Below, piece after piece: positions 49,906-62,599 of a stretch of DNA of 64,000 bases. The stretch's first letter is position 1, and each line of letters begins with the position of its first letter. Made by a program: the position numbers and the translations under genes. The notes under the pieces are model-generated. The model was not told where the DNA came from. It saw only the letters and a program-made list of their open reading frames with translations, and ran no database searches. This stretch comes from Phoronis australis (Eukaryota; Animalia; Phoronida), in NCBI GenBank assembly GCA_002633005.1, contig NMRA01000015.1:1236218-1300217 (forward strand), in the 5' to 3' direction.

Positions 49906-50235
49906 TTTTTATGCGCCCACATATTTATATGTGGACGCATTATGCCGTCATCTCTGTCCGTCCGTCCGTCCGTCCGTCCGTCCGGGCGGCGTCCGGCCGG
50001 CGTCTGGCGTCCGGCGTCGGCTGCTCTATCTCCAAAACCCTTTGACATACGTTCATGAAATTTGGCAGATATGTTTCATTCATGAATGGGACGGCATGTG
50101 CGAACTTTCGGACGGATCCGACAACCGGTGTGCCCCCTAGTGGCAATTTTAGTTTTTTACGCTTACCTTTGTATCTTCAAAAGTCCTGAACGGATTTTCA
50201 TGAAATTTGGTATGTAGGCACCTAGTAGTGAGATG
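49906..50235 (+). mobile_element. 5' part of a third copy of the Helentron/DINE-1-like element, truncated by the N join
   Basis: tttttatgcgcccacatatttatatgtggacgcat + (GTCC)n + gtgccccctagtggca; near-identical to the reverse complement of the 5997 end. Confidence 0.85.
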
Positions 50236-52726
50236 NATGTATGTATGTATATTATTAGAAAACACTAGCTTTCGAACCTTAATGGGCGTGGCTCTTTATC
50301 AGTGTGAAAAAAGTCTTTCGCGCCACTTGTTTTTACACCTCATGAAAAGCCGCACCCACTGCATCCAGGCTCGAAAGCTAGCGCTTTTTGATAATACATA
50401 TTTTAACCGGATTTTAGAGAGTTTTATCTGCTTTTACATTGTCTTTTAGAGATACACACTACTTTAATATTTTCATTTCAGCATAGACTTAAGTAACTCT
50501 CAGTAAAGATATGTTATGACGACGTACCCTATAACAGGTGTTCTCGTCGTTTTTTATTCACGTCTTTCTTAGACAAAAAGTCACGTGTCATTACTTCTAT
50601 CGCTGACAAACCATGTGTTTTAAACAAGAGTATGGGACTGTTTCGTAAAAAGTAACTTAATGATCAGAAATTTGGAGTTGTGTTTCCACTTTGTTATTTC
50701 TGAATAAAGTTTTTGCAATAACCGTTAGCACGTGACACTTAAGCAACTTATCTGATTAACTGGCAATGCTTGGTGTATCCTCCGACACTTAGTTTGTACT
50801 TTGTTGTATGGAACTTAGATAATTTTCCAAGTATGGTTATGTGAAGTGTCCTACGCCATTATGCAACAGAGGAGAAAATTTTCAACCAGGTGAAAAATTC
50901 AGTGTACCAATCTGTCACCTTTTGCTAATAAGTTGGAACGATAATTATCCCTTTGGCGATTGACACAATGAGTAGATTTGTTGCTTATTTTAACAATTAT
51001 CTCTCCCGGCCGGTCGTTTCAACACTCAGAGTTGTCATGATTAAGCCCTCAGTCCCAGTCAGAGACTCATAATTCTCTCTTTGTCAAGCATAAAAATTAA
51101 GACGGTATGCAAAGCAATCACGTGCTTAAAGCCAACACGAATAATGGATTTGGTTTTTTGGTCAACTTTAGACTGTTTTAAACACGAATCTTGCTACGAA
51201 CTGGTTGCACAAAATACACATTACTCAAAGAAGCAAGTTCGCGCGCGAACACTGACCAAAGAGTGTAGTACTACACTCCTTGCCCTGACCAATAGGCGAT
51301 TAGTTCGAGTCCTTGCAATTTTACGAATCTTCCATTTTACACATATTCTCAGTGTTTTTATTATACCTCAGAAATAAAGAAAGTGTTTGTTTTCAGATGC
51401 AAAAACAAAATTTTCCCCTGGGCTACCTTCCCCCCCCATTCGGTGCTACGCGCCTCTACGAGACAAATTGTTGCCCCCCCCCTATGATTATATCCTAGAT
51501 CCGCCACTGAAATAATAAGATATCAACAGCTTCATGACTATTCCCAAACAGCATAGTCTCAGCCTATGCAAATTTGTTGTTTGCAATCCTGAAGATCTAT
51601 TGGCTGCTCAGTTAAAATACAAACTAAATGATAAGATTTGTCACAATTCAATTTCGGACGGTTCAACTTGTTATTAACTGTTTTGGATTCCCTTTGAAGC
51701 CTGCATCGACAACACTAGGCACCACTACAAAATGAAAGAGACACCGTTCTGACACATACTGTGCACGAATGTCGCAGCGCGTCTTCGTTGTTTCCCGTTT
51801 GCTGTTAGGCGGGTTCCCTGTTCTCGGTTGCATGAAACAGTCCTGAATAGGCACTCAACGTACTTTGTTTAATCAACATTTTTTGTGTTTCTGCCATTCC
51901 TTACTCACAGATGTAATCTTTTTCACCCCTTTTATATTGACTGTGAGCTCCCTTTTGACATCTTCTAGTAATATAGCTACAAACTGAGTCATGTTGAGGC
52001 GTCTCATAACAACGATTACCATTTACAGGGTACTTATAATGTCTCAACTGAATCACAAGCATCAAACAGCTGCTTGCCTCAGTTTCAGTAGAACAAACCA
52101 ATCAGTCAGCTCAAGAGGTAGTTGAAACTACAGAGACAACCAAACGCATATTTTCTGATTTGGAATTCTACTGTTTTGAGCAAAGAAACTCGCCAGGTTT
52201 GACGCCGTGATGAGACTTCACATTAACAAACAACTATTATCAAACCCGGAAATTAAGCAGCTTAATTCTTGTTCTGTTTTTGGTTATATTTGTACTTTGT
52301 TTGGGCTGATCCGGTTGTTAAGTGTGTGGACAGAGTTCCAGTAAAGGAAGAAATATCGAACGCAATCATTTACTACGATAGTTCCTTTGGATTCGTCCAT
52401 GCCTTCAATGGTCTTGCCCTACACGCAGTATCGCGTACTAGTCCTCCGTGCATTCAAGTGCACAGTCATGCAACACAGCAAAAGCTAAATGATTTTAGAG
52501 CGACTGATGAATATGTGCACTCGCAATATGGCAGCACATATCGATAATAATGCCGGTTACGACAACACCCCACTCCAACGCCCCCCTCCCCTGCGTTAAT
52601 GAAACTGGTTTGTGATACGAAAAAAGAAATACATGAGTTTGATAGTGTCAACAAATAGCGAAACACCGTGACGGTTATCAAAAATTTCAAAAGAATGACA
52701 GATCAGAAACAACTATGTTGACTAAA

Positions 52727-52893
52727 CAGTGGCGGATTTAAGGGGCGGGGGTCAAGGGGGCCGTGCCCTCACCCTACACTTCTCCCAGATTCCATTTGGC
52801 AGCACGGGGGTGCGAATGTCTGAAGGGCAAAATCGTTGCTAATATTCTGCCATTCACCCCCCTCCCCAACTCAAAATCCTGGATTCGCCCCTG
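52727..52893. mobile_element. MITE (CAGTGGCGGAT...ATTCGCCCCTG), homologous to ~12160-12304
   Basis: Imperfect TIR; 5-bp TSD CTAAA; shared core ctcccagattccatt.ggcag...tgcgaatgtctga. Confidence 0.75.
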
Positions 52894-53264
52894 CTAAAGA
52901 GCATTAGCTGAAGCGGAAGGAGTATCGGAGTATCTTAGTAGTTTATGGCGGATATTTTATGTCGTGAAAACGTTGCACGAAATAGATTTGGGAGCTACAT
53001 TTCCTTCAATTACATGTCCGATAAGAACACGCGAGAAGTGCGCTACAGTTTGATACCTTTTGACAGGAAGTTGTGGCAGCTTGAGCACCTACCACTCACG
53101 CTATTGACCGTCACGACATTGCTAACTGTGAAGTTGTTCCGCTTTAGCATACGTAATAGCGCAGAATCTCAATCTGTTTTCGTACTGCAGTTTGTTTGAG
53201 GTTTCGAAAAGGTATTCAGTCATGCTATGGGGTCGGGAATCGTCAAATCTTCGTTTCGCGCTTA

Positions 53265-54545
53265 TAGTCTAGTCAAAAAATGGCCCTCCATGCACCCCCC
53301 GGACTCCAACTTCAAAGTTGCATTTTTATGAAGAAAATTAAGTGTGAAAACGGAAAATTATGTTAAAAAGTCAAAAAAATGTCCCACACGTGTTTTTATG
53401 CAAAGTATTGCCACCATTACCGATTTTGCTATATTTCGCAACATCTCGATTATTTCATATAATTGAAAGTGCTAAATGTCTGGGCTTATGTTTTGTGGGT
53501 CAAGCATTACATTAGAAATACAAGTATGTGATAAAAGTTATCTAATGCATTTCACCGGTACAAAACAAACAATATATGGAATTGTAATGCTGTGTGAGGC
53601 ATGAAAATTCGCTATTTTTATTCAAATTCAGAACTTTGATGTAGACGGCATGAATGAAAACAAACTGCGCCATTATTTTTAGGCTCCAGCCCAACCAAAA
53701 ATATATTTTAGGCTCACTAAATGAAACAAAAGTTCTCATCTTTTATGAAGAGGAACATTGTTTCCAAGACAGTCACGTGAAATTGGCCTGCATTCGAAAT
53801 TTAGGCAACTGTCTAGGCAGATGTAAAAATCATGCCTAAAAGAAAACGAGGTCGAAGCTTATCTACTGAAGCCAAAGATCAATCTCTACCCGTATGCATT
53901 CTTCGTTTATATTCTGTAAATGAACATGGCACTTATACAGCGTTACACAATGTGAGAGGAACAGGAATGCAAAAAATACAGCAGCTTAAAACACGCATCG
54001 TCCAACAAAATAGTATCAAGGTTTTACTTCGAGTATCTAAAACGGAACGGGTATGGGAATCTGAGGTACCGTTCTGAGAAACTGTTGAATTGTTTCAAAA
54101 CAGGTCCATTGCAAAACCAGGTTAACTTCACAAACATTGATAGAGGTGACACTATCTTTTTGCCTGTTTCATAGATGAAGTAGTAACCGTGACTTCTACT
54201 TTAGCGCAAGGATAAACTTACGAAAACTGCGCTCACTCTTCGAGGTGACATTTTGAAGGCATGCAAACCATTCAGCAGAACTACCGCGGCCATTAACGGC
54301 CGATTATATGGAACTTGTTACTGTAAAACTTTTGCCTCCAGAAATCATCCGATTTCTTAATTTGTTGATGACTATGGTTGAAGGTCTCAACAAAAGTGAA
54401 AATTTCAAGAGACTGATTTCCTCTAGTGGACAAGATGTATGTCATGCCGTCACAGACGGAAAAGGGAAGTTACCGTCAAAGCATGTACTTCTCTGTGGGA
54501 CCATCAGACAATCGTTTCGAAGCAAACAGCTTACTACTATGACTT
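53265..54545 (+). mobile_element. Academ-like DNA transposon fragment (5' end plus disrupted transposase)
   Basis: Starts TAGTC; peptides MPKRKRG..., YQGFT and LPPEIIRFL...RLISSSGQDVCHAVTDG..LP.KHVLL..TIR..FRSKQL resemble the Academ transposase SIxQD...PKH...SK block; multiple frameshifts. Confidence 0.65.
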
Positions 54546-54822
54546 TGTACCTTCAGTACGTCGTCTCACTTGGGTACAGAAACGCCGTCGTCAGAACCCC
54601 TCATGGGCGGCGCAGCACTGAAAAAAGTGGGGGCTAAAGCCCCACAGCCCGCTGTTGTGCACCGCTTAGTTATAGACCATGGACGGCAGGGTTTCCCCTG
54701 CGTGTAAATTTCTGGGCGGCCCGCCACGCTCCTTTTTGGCCCCACCACTCGTAAATCATACTCAAATTGACCGCCACACACCTAATCGTGATGGGGAAAC
54801 TTCACCGCCACGCAAAAATCGT

Positions 54823-54940
54823 TAGTAAAAATGATCGCTAGTAAAAATGATCGCCAGTAAAAATGATCGCCAGTAAAAATGATCGCTAGTAAAAATGATC
54901 GCTAGTAAAAATGATCGCTAGTAAAAATGATCGCTAGTAA
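54823..54940 (+). repeat. 16-bp tandem repeat (TAGTAAAAATGATCGC) x~7
   Basis: Direct inspection; no spacers between units. Confidence 0.95.
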
Positions 54941-55791
54941 TTATGAATAAGTAGAAGTCACACGGCACCTTTCGGGAAAAATAATAATTTTACAATGGCA
55001 GTGTTTCCCCTGGGTTTTGCAAGGAGCGTGGCAGTGGCCAAAACGGGGTGCAAAGCCCGTTGCCGTACGCGAATATGAAAAATGGCATCCCCCTAGTAGC
55101 TGGGTTTCGAAAGAAGCGTGGTGGTGAATGCTCGACGCGGATGCGGAACCCGGCACCACATGCGAGCATGGGATGAAGTGAGATCCTCCCATGAGGGGGT
55201 TGGGAGAGGACTTCCCCGCAGGCAAAATTTGAAAATTAGATGTAATTGGATGCAGTTTGCTCATCATAGACAAGACCTTAACCCGAGCATAATGTAGTGT
55301 CCGGCACAGTGTGATCTCTGTTGCACTTGAGTACAAAAACAGCGTTAAAATTCAGTTATCCACGAAGTGACAATCATAGAACAAAAAATTATTGAACTTT
55401 GTAGACGTTATAAACTAATTCGTGTAACGAAACCTACGTTGATACCGTCTTGCTAAACATAAATCAGTGATAGTGGATTGGCGTTGGCCGGTGTAGCAGA
55501 CGTTGTAATAATCCAGTCCAAGTAGACGAATCTGAGACTGGTTAACATTCAATATCGTCATTTTGGCGCAGGGCTGAGGTTGATTAAACAGTTGGATGTC
55601 ACGCCCTGCAGTATACTTCACAATGTCTTTTGTAAACTCGCACACGATAAAAATGAATGAAGCAGAAATCTTACTGTTTCTTACTTCATTAGCGAGCCCA
55701 GGCGCTTTCCCGTTTTAGAAAATTCGTATTGAAGTCGTTGCCAGGTCCCCGGCTGTATTAAGTACATATGCATTGTCGGATAACCAGGCAA

Positions 55792-55862
55792 AAACGAGGT
55801 ACAAAAGGAGATTGGGGATTGAATGAGTCATTCAATCCCCAATCTCCTTTCGTACATCGTTT
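55792..55862. repeat. Near-perfect palindrome (23-bp perfect arms, 1-nt centre)
   Basis: aaaggagattggggattgaatga-g-tcattcaatccccaatctccttt, extending with mismatches. Confidence 0.95.
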
Positions 55863-56870
55863 CTAACTTGACTCACGTCTGGGGTTTTCGTGGATGAATT
55901 CATGCAATTTATCGCACTGCAAAATGCATCCTTCCCCATTGTTTTGGCGCTTCTTGGTTGACAGTTGCTTAGTCACCACTTGGCGGCGCTAGTAGTAGCG
56001 GTAACAGCGAACTCACAAGTGAACTCTCCTTATTCTACTACACTCGTTGGTGTTAGCCAGATGGAACCCACCAGTGACAACAAATGTCTAGACTTGACCA
56101 GGCGAATACACGTGTTGTTGGTCCTTTTATATTAGGGAAAAATGGGAAACGAACAACAGGACAATGACATGGTCGAATAAAGTTGATGAATGTAACAACT
56201 GAATAACATGCCTATTATTCAGTGGATTAGACAGTGACCACCGTCTCCAGCTGCATGGCCCCAGTAGAGACAGTGAAGCTCTAGGAGTTACATACATTGA
56301 AAGATTTTTGGTGAATTATGCCTCACACTGATTGAAACATCAAAGTCGTGTTGTTATAAGTACATTTTGCGCATAGAGGGACACATTAGGTGCCCATTGA
56401 TCTCTTTAATTTCTTCCAACTCAAACAAATACTTCCGATCAGTCCTTCGTTCAGTTGCCCAAATCGCATGACCCTGAACAAGGCCATCTATGTACTATTA
56501 TAAAAATCAATTAAACTTTGGCTTTGTTTGAGGTGGTATTTTGTGATCTAAGGCATAACAGCAATCCTTGATTAATAATCATTTAATCCTCTCTTTTGCG
56601 AATACATGTCATCTTGCAGTGGGTATAGAGACTAACAGTCTCTATAGCCTGTTAGTGCTAGTCTTGCTACTCTAGCAGCCCTACACAACTACCTAGTCTT
56701 GCGGTTGTTTATGTTGACTGACAGTCTACGCATCTAACCTGTTAGTCCTACTTTTGATACTCTCTGCAAGGCTAACTGTGTAGTCTTGTGGTTGTATACA
56801 CTACATGCTGATAGTTAGTATACCTTGCTAGTGGTAGTCTGGATATTCCCAACTAGGTGGTTTGTATTAA

Positions 56871-57947
56871 TTTACCCTGCGCGTACAAGCGCAGAGTACT
56901 GTTGTTCCTGGGTTTTCTTCAATTTTATTCTTATTCTTATTACTCTGCGCGTGTAAGCGCAGAGCACTGTTGTTCCTGGATTTTCTTCAATTTTATTCTT
57001 ATTACTCTGCGCGTGTATGCGCAGAGTACTGTTGTTCCTGGGTTTTCTTCAATTTTATTCTAATTCTTATTCTTCTTCTTATTCTTCTTCCGACCAACTT
57101 TGAGGCTTAATAACTCCAAATTGGGTGCAGATATGTTCTTTAAATTCTGCATGTGATTTTTGGCAGTACATAAGTTTTGATTCGTTATATAATCATATTC
57201 CATATTGCACCGGAAGAGGTCATTTGGTGCAAAGGTCATGTAATTTTCAAAATGCTACTCCTTCTTTATTTCAAAAGCTATTCTTTTCAAATTCGGTACA
57301 CAGGTATAAGTCAAGAAGGCAATTTAAAAAATTACTTTTCTAAGTAATCGGGTCATCCAATCAGGTGAAATAGGTCAAAGGTCGTTAGGTACAAACTAAA
57401 TTTTTGATCTAGACACTTCAAATAAACAGGTCTGATTGGCACAGGAAATTCAATTCGGAATCCAAAGTTTCAGGTCATTTAGTGCAAACATGGGGTCATT
57501 AGGTGCATTTTTCTTCTGAAATCTGAGCTAGAGATTTCAAAATTACATATCCGTTTACTAAGTGCGATTGAGTTTGAATTCTAAATTTTCAGGTCATTTG
57601 GTGCACCCATGGGGTCATTAGGTGCAATTTTCTTCTGAAAGTTTGACCAATTCATTCATCTTGCATTCTGACGTGCTTAAAGTACATCTGTGATTTTTAG
57701 CATTAACCCCACTTTTAATCGAGTTAACAATTACTCCCTCATCGGGGCTCATAATTCACCGGAAGAGGTCAATTAGTGGAAAGGTCATCAAAATATTAAC
57801 ATGTTATTTTTCCTACAATTTTAAAGTCGGTTAGAATTCTTTTTCAAATTGGTTAACGGGTTGCTGTCTGTAACTTCCCATAACAATTCGTGTAATACAC
57901 ACGCGCAGAGTCTATTATTGTCACGCCGTGACAATGATCTTTCTAGT
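56871..57947 (+). mobile_element. Second Helentron-type non-autonomous element, with triplicated 5' end
   Basis: 5' hairpin tactctgcgcgtgtaagcgcagag x3; (TTC/TTATTC)n; internal aggtcatt repeats; 3' subTIR acacgcgcagagt; hairpin attgtcacg-c-cgtgacaat; terminal CTAGT. Confidence 0.75.
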
Positions 57948-58379
57948 GTTGCACCAGCTGTGACAGACAAGCATTTGTGGACTGCTCCACTGACAACTGC
58001 TAGCACTTTCTTGCATAGCAGCGAGTTACTAGAAGGTGCTGATTAAGACAAATGAATTGAGAAAGGGTCACTTGACCATGACGCATTCAAAACAACCCAA
58101 GATTGCTGAAAACGAAGAAGCCCTCGCCTTACATCAACAGCAGCTACCCATTCTAGCTTTGGATAATGGCATATTATAGCATTCAGTAATGTTAACAACA
58201 ACAGAAAGTGTATTGCTTTTTCCAAGATATCACTGAGCAGCCAAGTGCCAACTCACGTTAACATGGATTTGATGTTATGTTGTAGAACAAAAGATATGTG
58301 TTGGAAATTTTCAACTTGCTGATTCTTATGTATTCTGGCAAGCATTTTGCTACTCTCAAGGCCTTGTGTACCGACATAC

Positions 58380-58565
58380 CAGAATTGACCTATCGCAAGC
58401 TCCGCCCCCTTGCGTCAATGTTGACTAATAAACAATAAGTTTTATCCTGCAACGTGTTGTTTGTCAGGTATTATGGCAGCTTGGAAACGAATGTGTGTCA
58501 ATAATTATGAGTTCTAAATGGTCAGATAAACCGTCACTCAAAATCCTGGCGATAGGTCAATTCTG
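58380..58565. mobile_element. MITE with 17-bp TIR CAGAATTGACCTATCGC
   Basis: Perfect inverted termini. Confidence 0.75.
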
Positions 58566-60144
58566 CTAGCTGTCAATGATCACAGCAGGCCAGTCCTGTA
58601 AGATGAAGCTGGCAGTGCAAGGTTATTAATATAGCTGCGCCAAACATGCATTTTGGCTACTTGTGTGGCAACAACTCAGTATTCAACAGGAGTTTAACAC
58701 TAAATTGTAAGTGGCCATTTGCGGGGTAGTGCTAAAATGAGTGATACTTTATGACTCTGCTAGAAACAAAGGGGCAAACACAAAATTGAGATGAGAAGAC
58801 GTGGGAAGGCCTTTTCCGTCTGCAATGAAAAAGCCATGCCACGTCCTGTTATGTCCCCAAGGCTACATCAGTGCAGCTTATGGCAAAAAGACCACCTGCA
58901 ATGCTTCTAAGAAAGTTGAATTTGATTGTCCTTGTATGGGAGATGATTAAAATAACCAAAAACTAATGTGACATATGAATTAAAAATGTCCCAGTGTGCT
59001 CATGCCCTGTGTGGGTGTGCGTGTGTGTGTATTTTCATCCACGTAATGTTTCCTTCTCTTTATCAACAAGTGAAGTCTTTGTAACATAATTATGAACACT
59101 TACATGTTTTAAGTGTCCTCTACCTCACGTTAGCACAAAGCGTGGGACCTAGTATTCATGACCATCTGTCCATACCTATGTCGCATGATATCTCAAGAAA
59201 GAAGTTTTGTTTGTATTTTGTGCTGAAGTTTAGATGAGGCATCTCCAGCCAATTTTGACAGTCTTGACTTTGAATTCATGGTCACATTTAGAAAATCAAG
59301 ATTTTACTTGGAAAACGTTTGTGCATGCAAATTGTGTATTTGCACAAAGGTGTAGGTGGCCTATCTCCAGGTATTAGTCACATTTTGAAGGTCGCAACTG
59401 GTAATTGCATAGTACTGAATGCCGCATCTAACCGAGCAATCAACCGAGGGGTTACTTGTTGCCTAAGGTCACTGTAGCATTTTCATTTCATTGACCTAAT
59501 AGACATGAAAATACATCTGTTATTTTTGTGTTCACAAAGGTTGAGAGATACTTTCATTAAGATTGTTTTCAAAATCATTACTCTTTAAAATTACGAAAGC
59601 CTTGAAAATTATCATATCCTGATAGGCATAGCAGTGACACAGCTTTGAACATTGGGTGACCTATGAGTTCACAGTAACATTGCACACCATAATAGAAATT
59701 TGACTTGGTCTCATAGAACTAGTCAAGAGTCATTGGTCATTGATGCCCTCATTAATTGGAAAACTCATTTTGAACGCCCTATTCTATAAATCGTGTATGA
59801 ACCAACTGCTAAACGCTAATATGTGGTGGGGAACAATTCAGCCACCCTGTGACAAATGCTGTTAATATGTGTATTATTTTCTCTTCTTTAAATGTGTGAA
59901 ACTCTAATCACTTAATTAACCATATGTAGTATATTTTTACATTTTGAATAACAAAAACCATGTTATCCAGTGTTTAAAACCACTTCGAAAAAGTTTCTAA
60001 AACACCGAAAGAGGTGCATAATGTACTAATTGTTTTTAGAGTTTCATAAGTTTCACACTCTTCATGTTTCAGGGTAAATCAATGCTTCTGCATTCCTTTT
60101 TGTGTCTGGCAATAAAATTGAATCATTCGTTATTCTTTTTAAGG

Positions 60145-60370
60145 GAGCAACTTATCTTCAACAAGAAGAGCAGGAGATGGTTGTCCATTCCGGTGAAGGC
60201 TTGTAAGAGCTATGACTGTATCAACGAGCTGATTATTGTGAAAACCCGGTTACAAGACATGTCAGACATGCACTGCCTACATGAGCATAAAAGCAAAATG
60301 ACTCCCGCTTGTTGTCTGACAACATTGCCGTCTTCGAATGATTGCCATCAGTAGAAGTCAATGCATCAAA
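60145..60370 (+). pseudogene. Probable Kolobok transposase C-terminal remnant
   Basis: FNKKSRRWLSIPVKACKSYDCINELI resembles the Kolobok K..W...VK..K.Y.YI..L block; convergent with the KolX-like sequence at 62600-63489. Confidence 0.45.
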
Positions 60371-62599
60371 GAAGCTGCCTGACGGACGTTATTTAAGATG
60401 ACATGGCCACTGGGTGTAATTCAGTCATGTGCCCTAGTTTGTTGCAGAGGATCATCTGGTACTGCAGTTTGGCTTGTAGTCATGATATATCCAGTTATGC
60501 AGAAGTTATCATGTTCAGTCAGGCCGTTGATCTTCATACACAGCCATGGGTAGTTTATGTAGTGTCAATTTGGAAACCGTCAAGGCTTAAAATTTTCCTC
60601 TTTTAAGAGGATTTACTCTCTTTTGGTTTCGATTTCCTCTTATTACATTTCCAATTTTATCTTTATGTCTCTTTTTGATCATTATTTTGACTTTTATGAT
60701 ACCAACATTTTCTATCAAGCACCCTAGTATTAATTTGTGAAACGATGCATCACATGGAACATTTTCCTTTTTTGTCATTGGTCATTCCAAGCCCTGAATC
60801 TTAACTGTGTGCAAATAATTTCTTTATAAAGCATTTGGTTTACAAAGGCACTTTCTACATTGTGAGTAAGATACAACTGGTACTGGTGTTACCTGTTTTA
60901 ACTTGTATTACCATTGGATAGTTTTCTTGATTCTTAACTACTTTCTCTTCCAAATGTGTAGTCTGTGGTTTGTCTTCAGGTGGTTCATTGAGAGACAGTG
61001 TTTACATACTTTTGGCTGTCAAGGGTCACCAAAAAACTTGTGTTACGTAAAATTATGTATGCTTTTTCAGAGATGTTTTACTGCTTAAGCAATTCACATT
61101 TATTTTAAAAACCTGCATTTAGACATCTTGAATTTGAGAGTGATGGTGATGAACATTACTGTATTTGCAATGGCTGCACTGTTGGGTTAGAAGTTGTGTT
61201 TGTAAGTAAGGTGTGTTACATGAGTAGCCGATTACTCGCGATAAGTCATTGCAAAAACCATGGAGCTTTAAATCAGAAAATGTTGCAACTTTTGATTACG
61301 GGCCATGGCCAAACAACCAGGAAACCATGTGTGATAAAAGGACACACTGTTTTTGATAATTTTTCCAATCCTCATTCTGTCACCAGCTAATACATCATTG
61401 GCGTTAATCAGGAAAGACAAAAGCAGGAATCAACTAAAAACTCATACCCCTATCTCACAAATTAGACATTATGGTCCTTGGTCGGTGGTCTTTCCCACAG
61501 TTGCGTGTAATTCGCTAAAAGCGCAGGTGATACTTTTACTGTTTAGCAGACTTGAAATTTTCCTCCAGGTTTTGAGGGTTGTCGATAGTTACAAAGCATT
61601 AATCTGTTGCAGAGAACTGGGTGCTAATTTGCTTTTAGAATAATCAAATATGCAAAAACCGGGTTTGCTGTCCTTCTGAGTAAGGTTTATTTTTTGAAGT
61701 CTTTGTCCCTAGTCTAACTATGAAACATAATTTTTGAAAAGTTCAATCCATGACTAGTTTTTTGAAATTGGGGCCTGTTGGACTACATGACTGTAACTAA
61801 TTTAAGAATGATCTAGGTTCTTGTTGCAAATCAAAATCCAAATGGACTTTTCATATTATGCTAAAAAATAAAAGTTCACACTGACAGTTGTGATGTTTGT
61901 ACATTTGTTGCTTTAGTTTTCTTAGAAATTGCGTTTGTTGTCAACGCACATGCTTCTAAAGTTTTAGACATTACAATTCAACCTCAATTTAAGTCCTTTA
62001 TAAACGGTATTCCACTGTTAAAAACATGAAGTTTTTGGTAGCTGAATTTATTTCAGTATAACATAGATATTAGCCAACAAAGAACTATTTGAAATCATGT
62101 CTGGCTTTTATTTCGGATGGTCCATACCTCCGGTGTTAAAAGTAAAATAAAATTCTGAGACAATGTACTATTTTACCAATGAGGCATAAAATAAGAGCAA
62201 ATGTTCAGACTAATTGTCACACTCCTACTACTTATACTTCAAAATGGCTGATAAAGATTTCTCTTGTTCTTAAAATCCACTGAAGTATTCCCATGCAATT
62301 CACACATTTGATGCCTAAATAATGCATTTATGAAATGTTAATAATGAATATTTTTTGGGGAAAATATCAACAGTGGTTGACAGTTAACATTATAGCCTCT
62401 GGATCAATTCTGAAACGTTTGGAACAAGTTATCTGACACTCCTGTTTTTTGGTGGTCAACATAAAGTTGTGGCGAAGACCTCCCACTTTGAATCACAGAA
62501 TTACTCGGGTGACAACGCGATTTTAGCACTAAGAGTGAAACGCTTTCATCTCACAGACAAAGTAGCAATGTGCACAAGCAGGTTTCAATGCTCAGCTAC

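Noticed and set aside
54823-54940. 16-bp direct repeats as a CRISPR array
   Set aside because: Head-to-tail units with no spacers, eukaryotic context and no cas genes; it is a minisatellite
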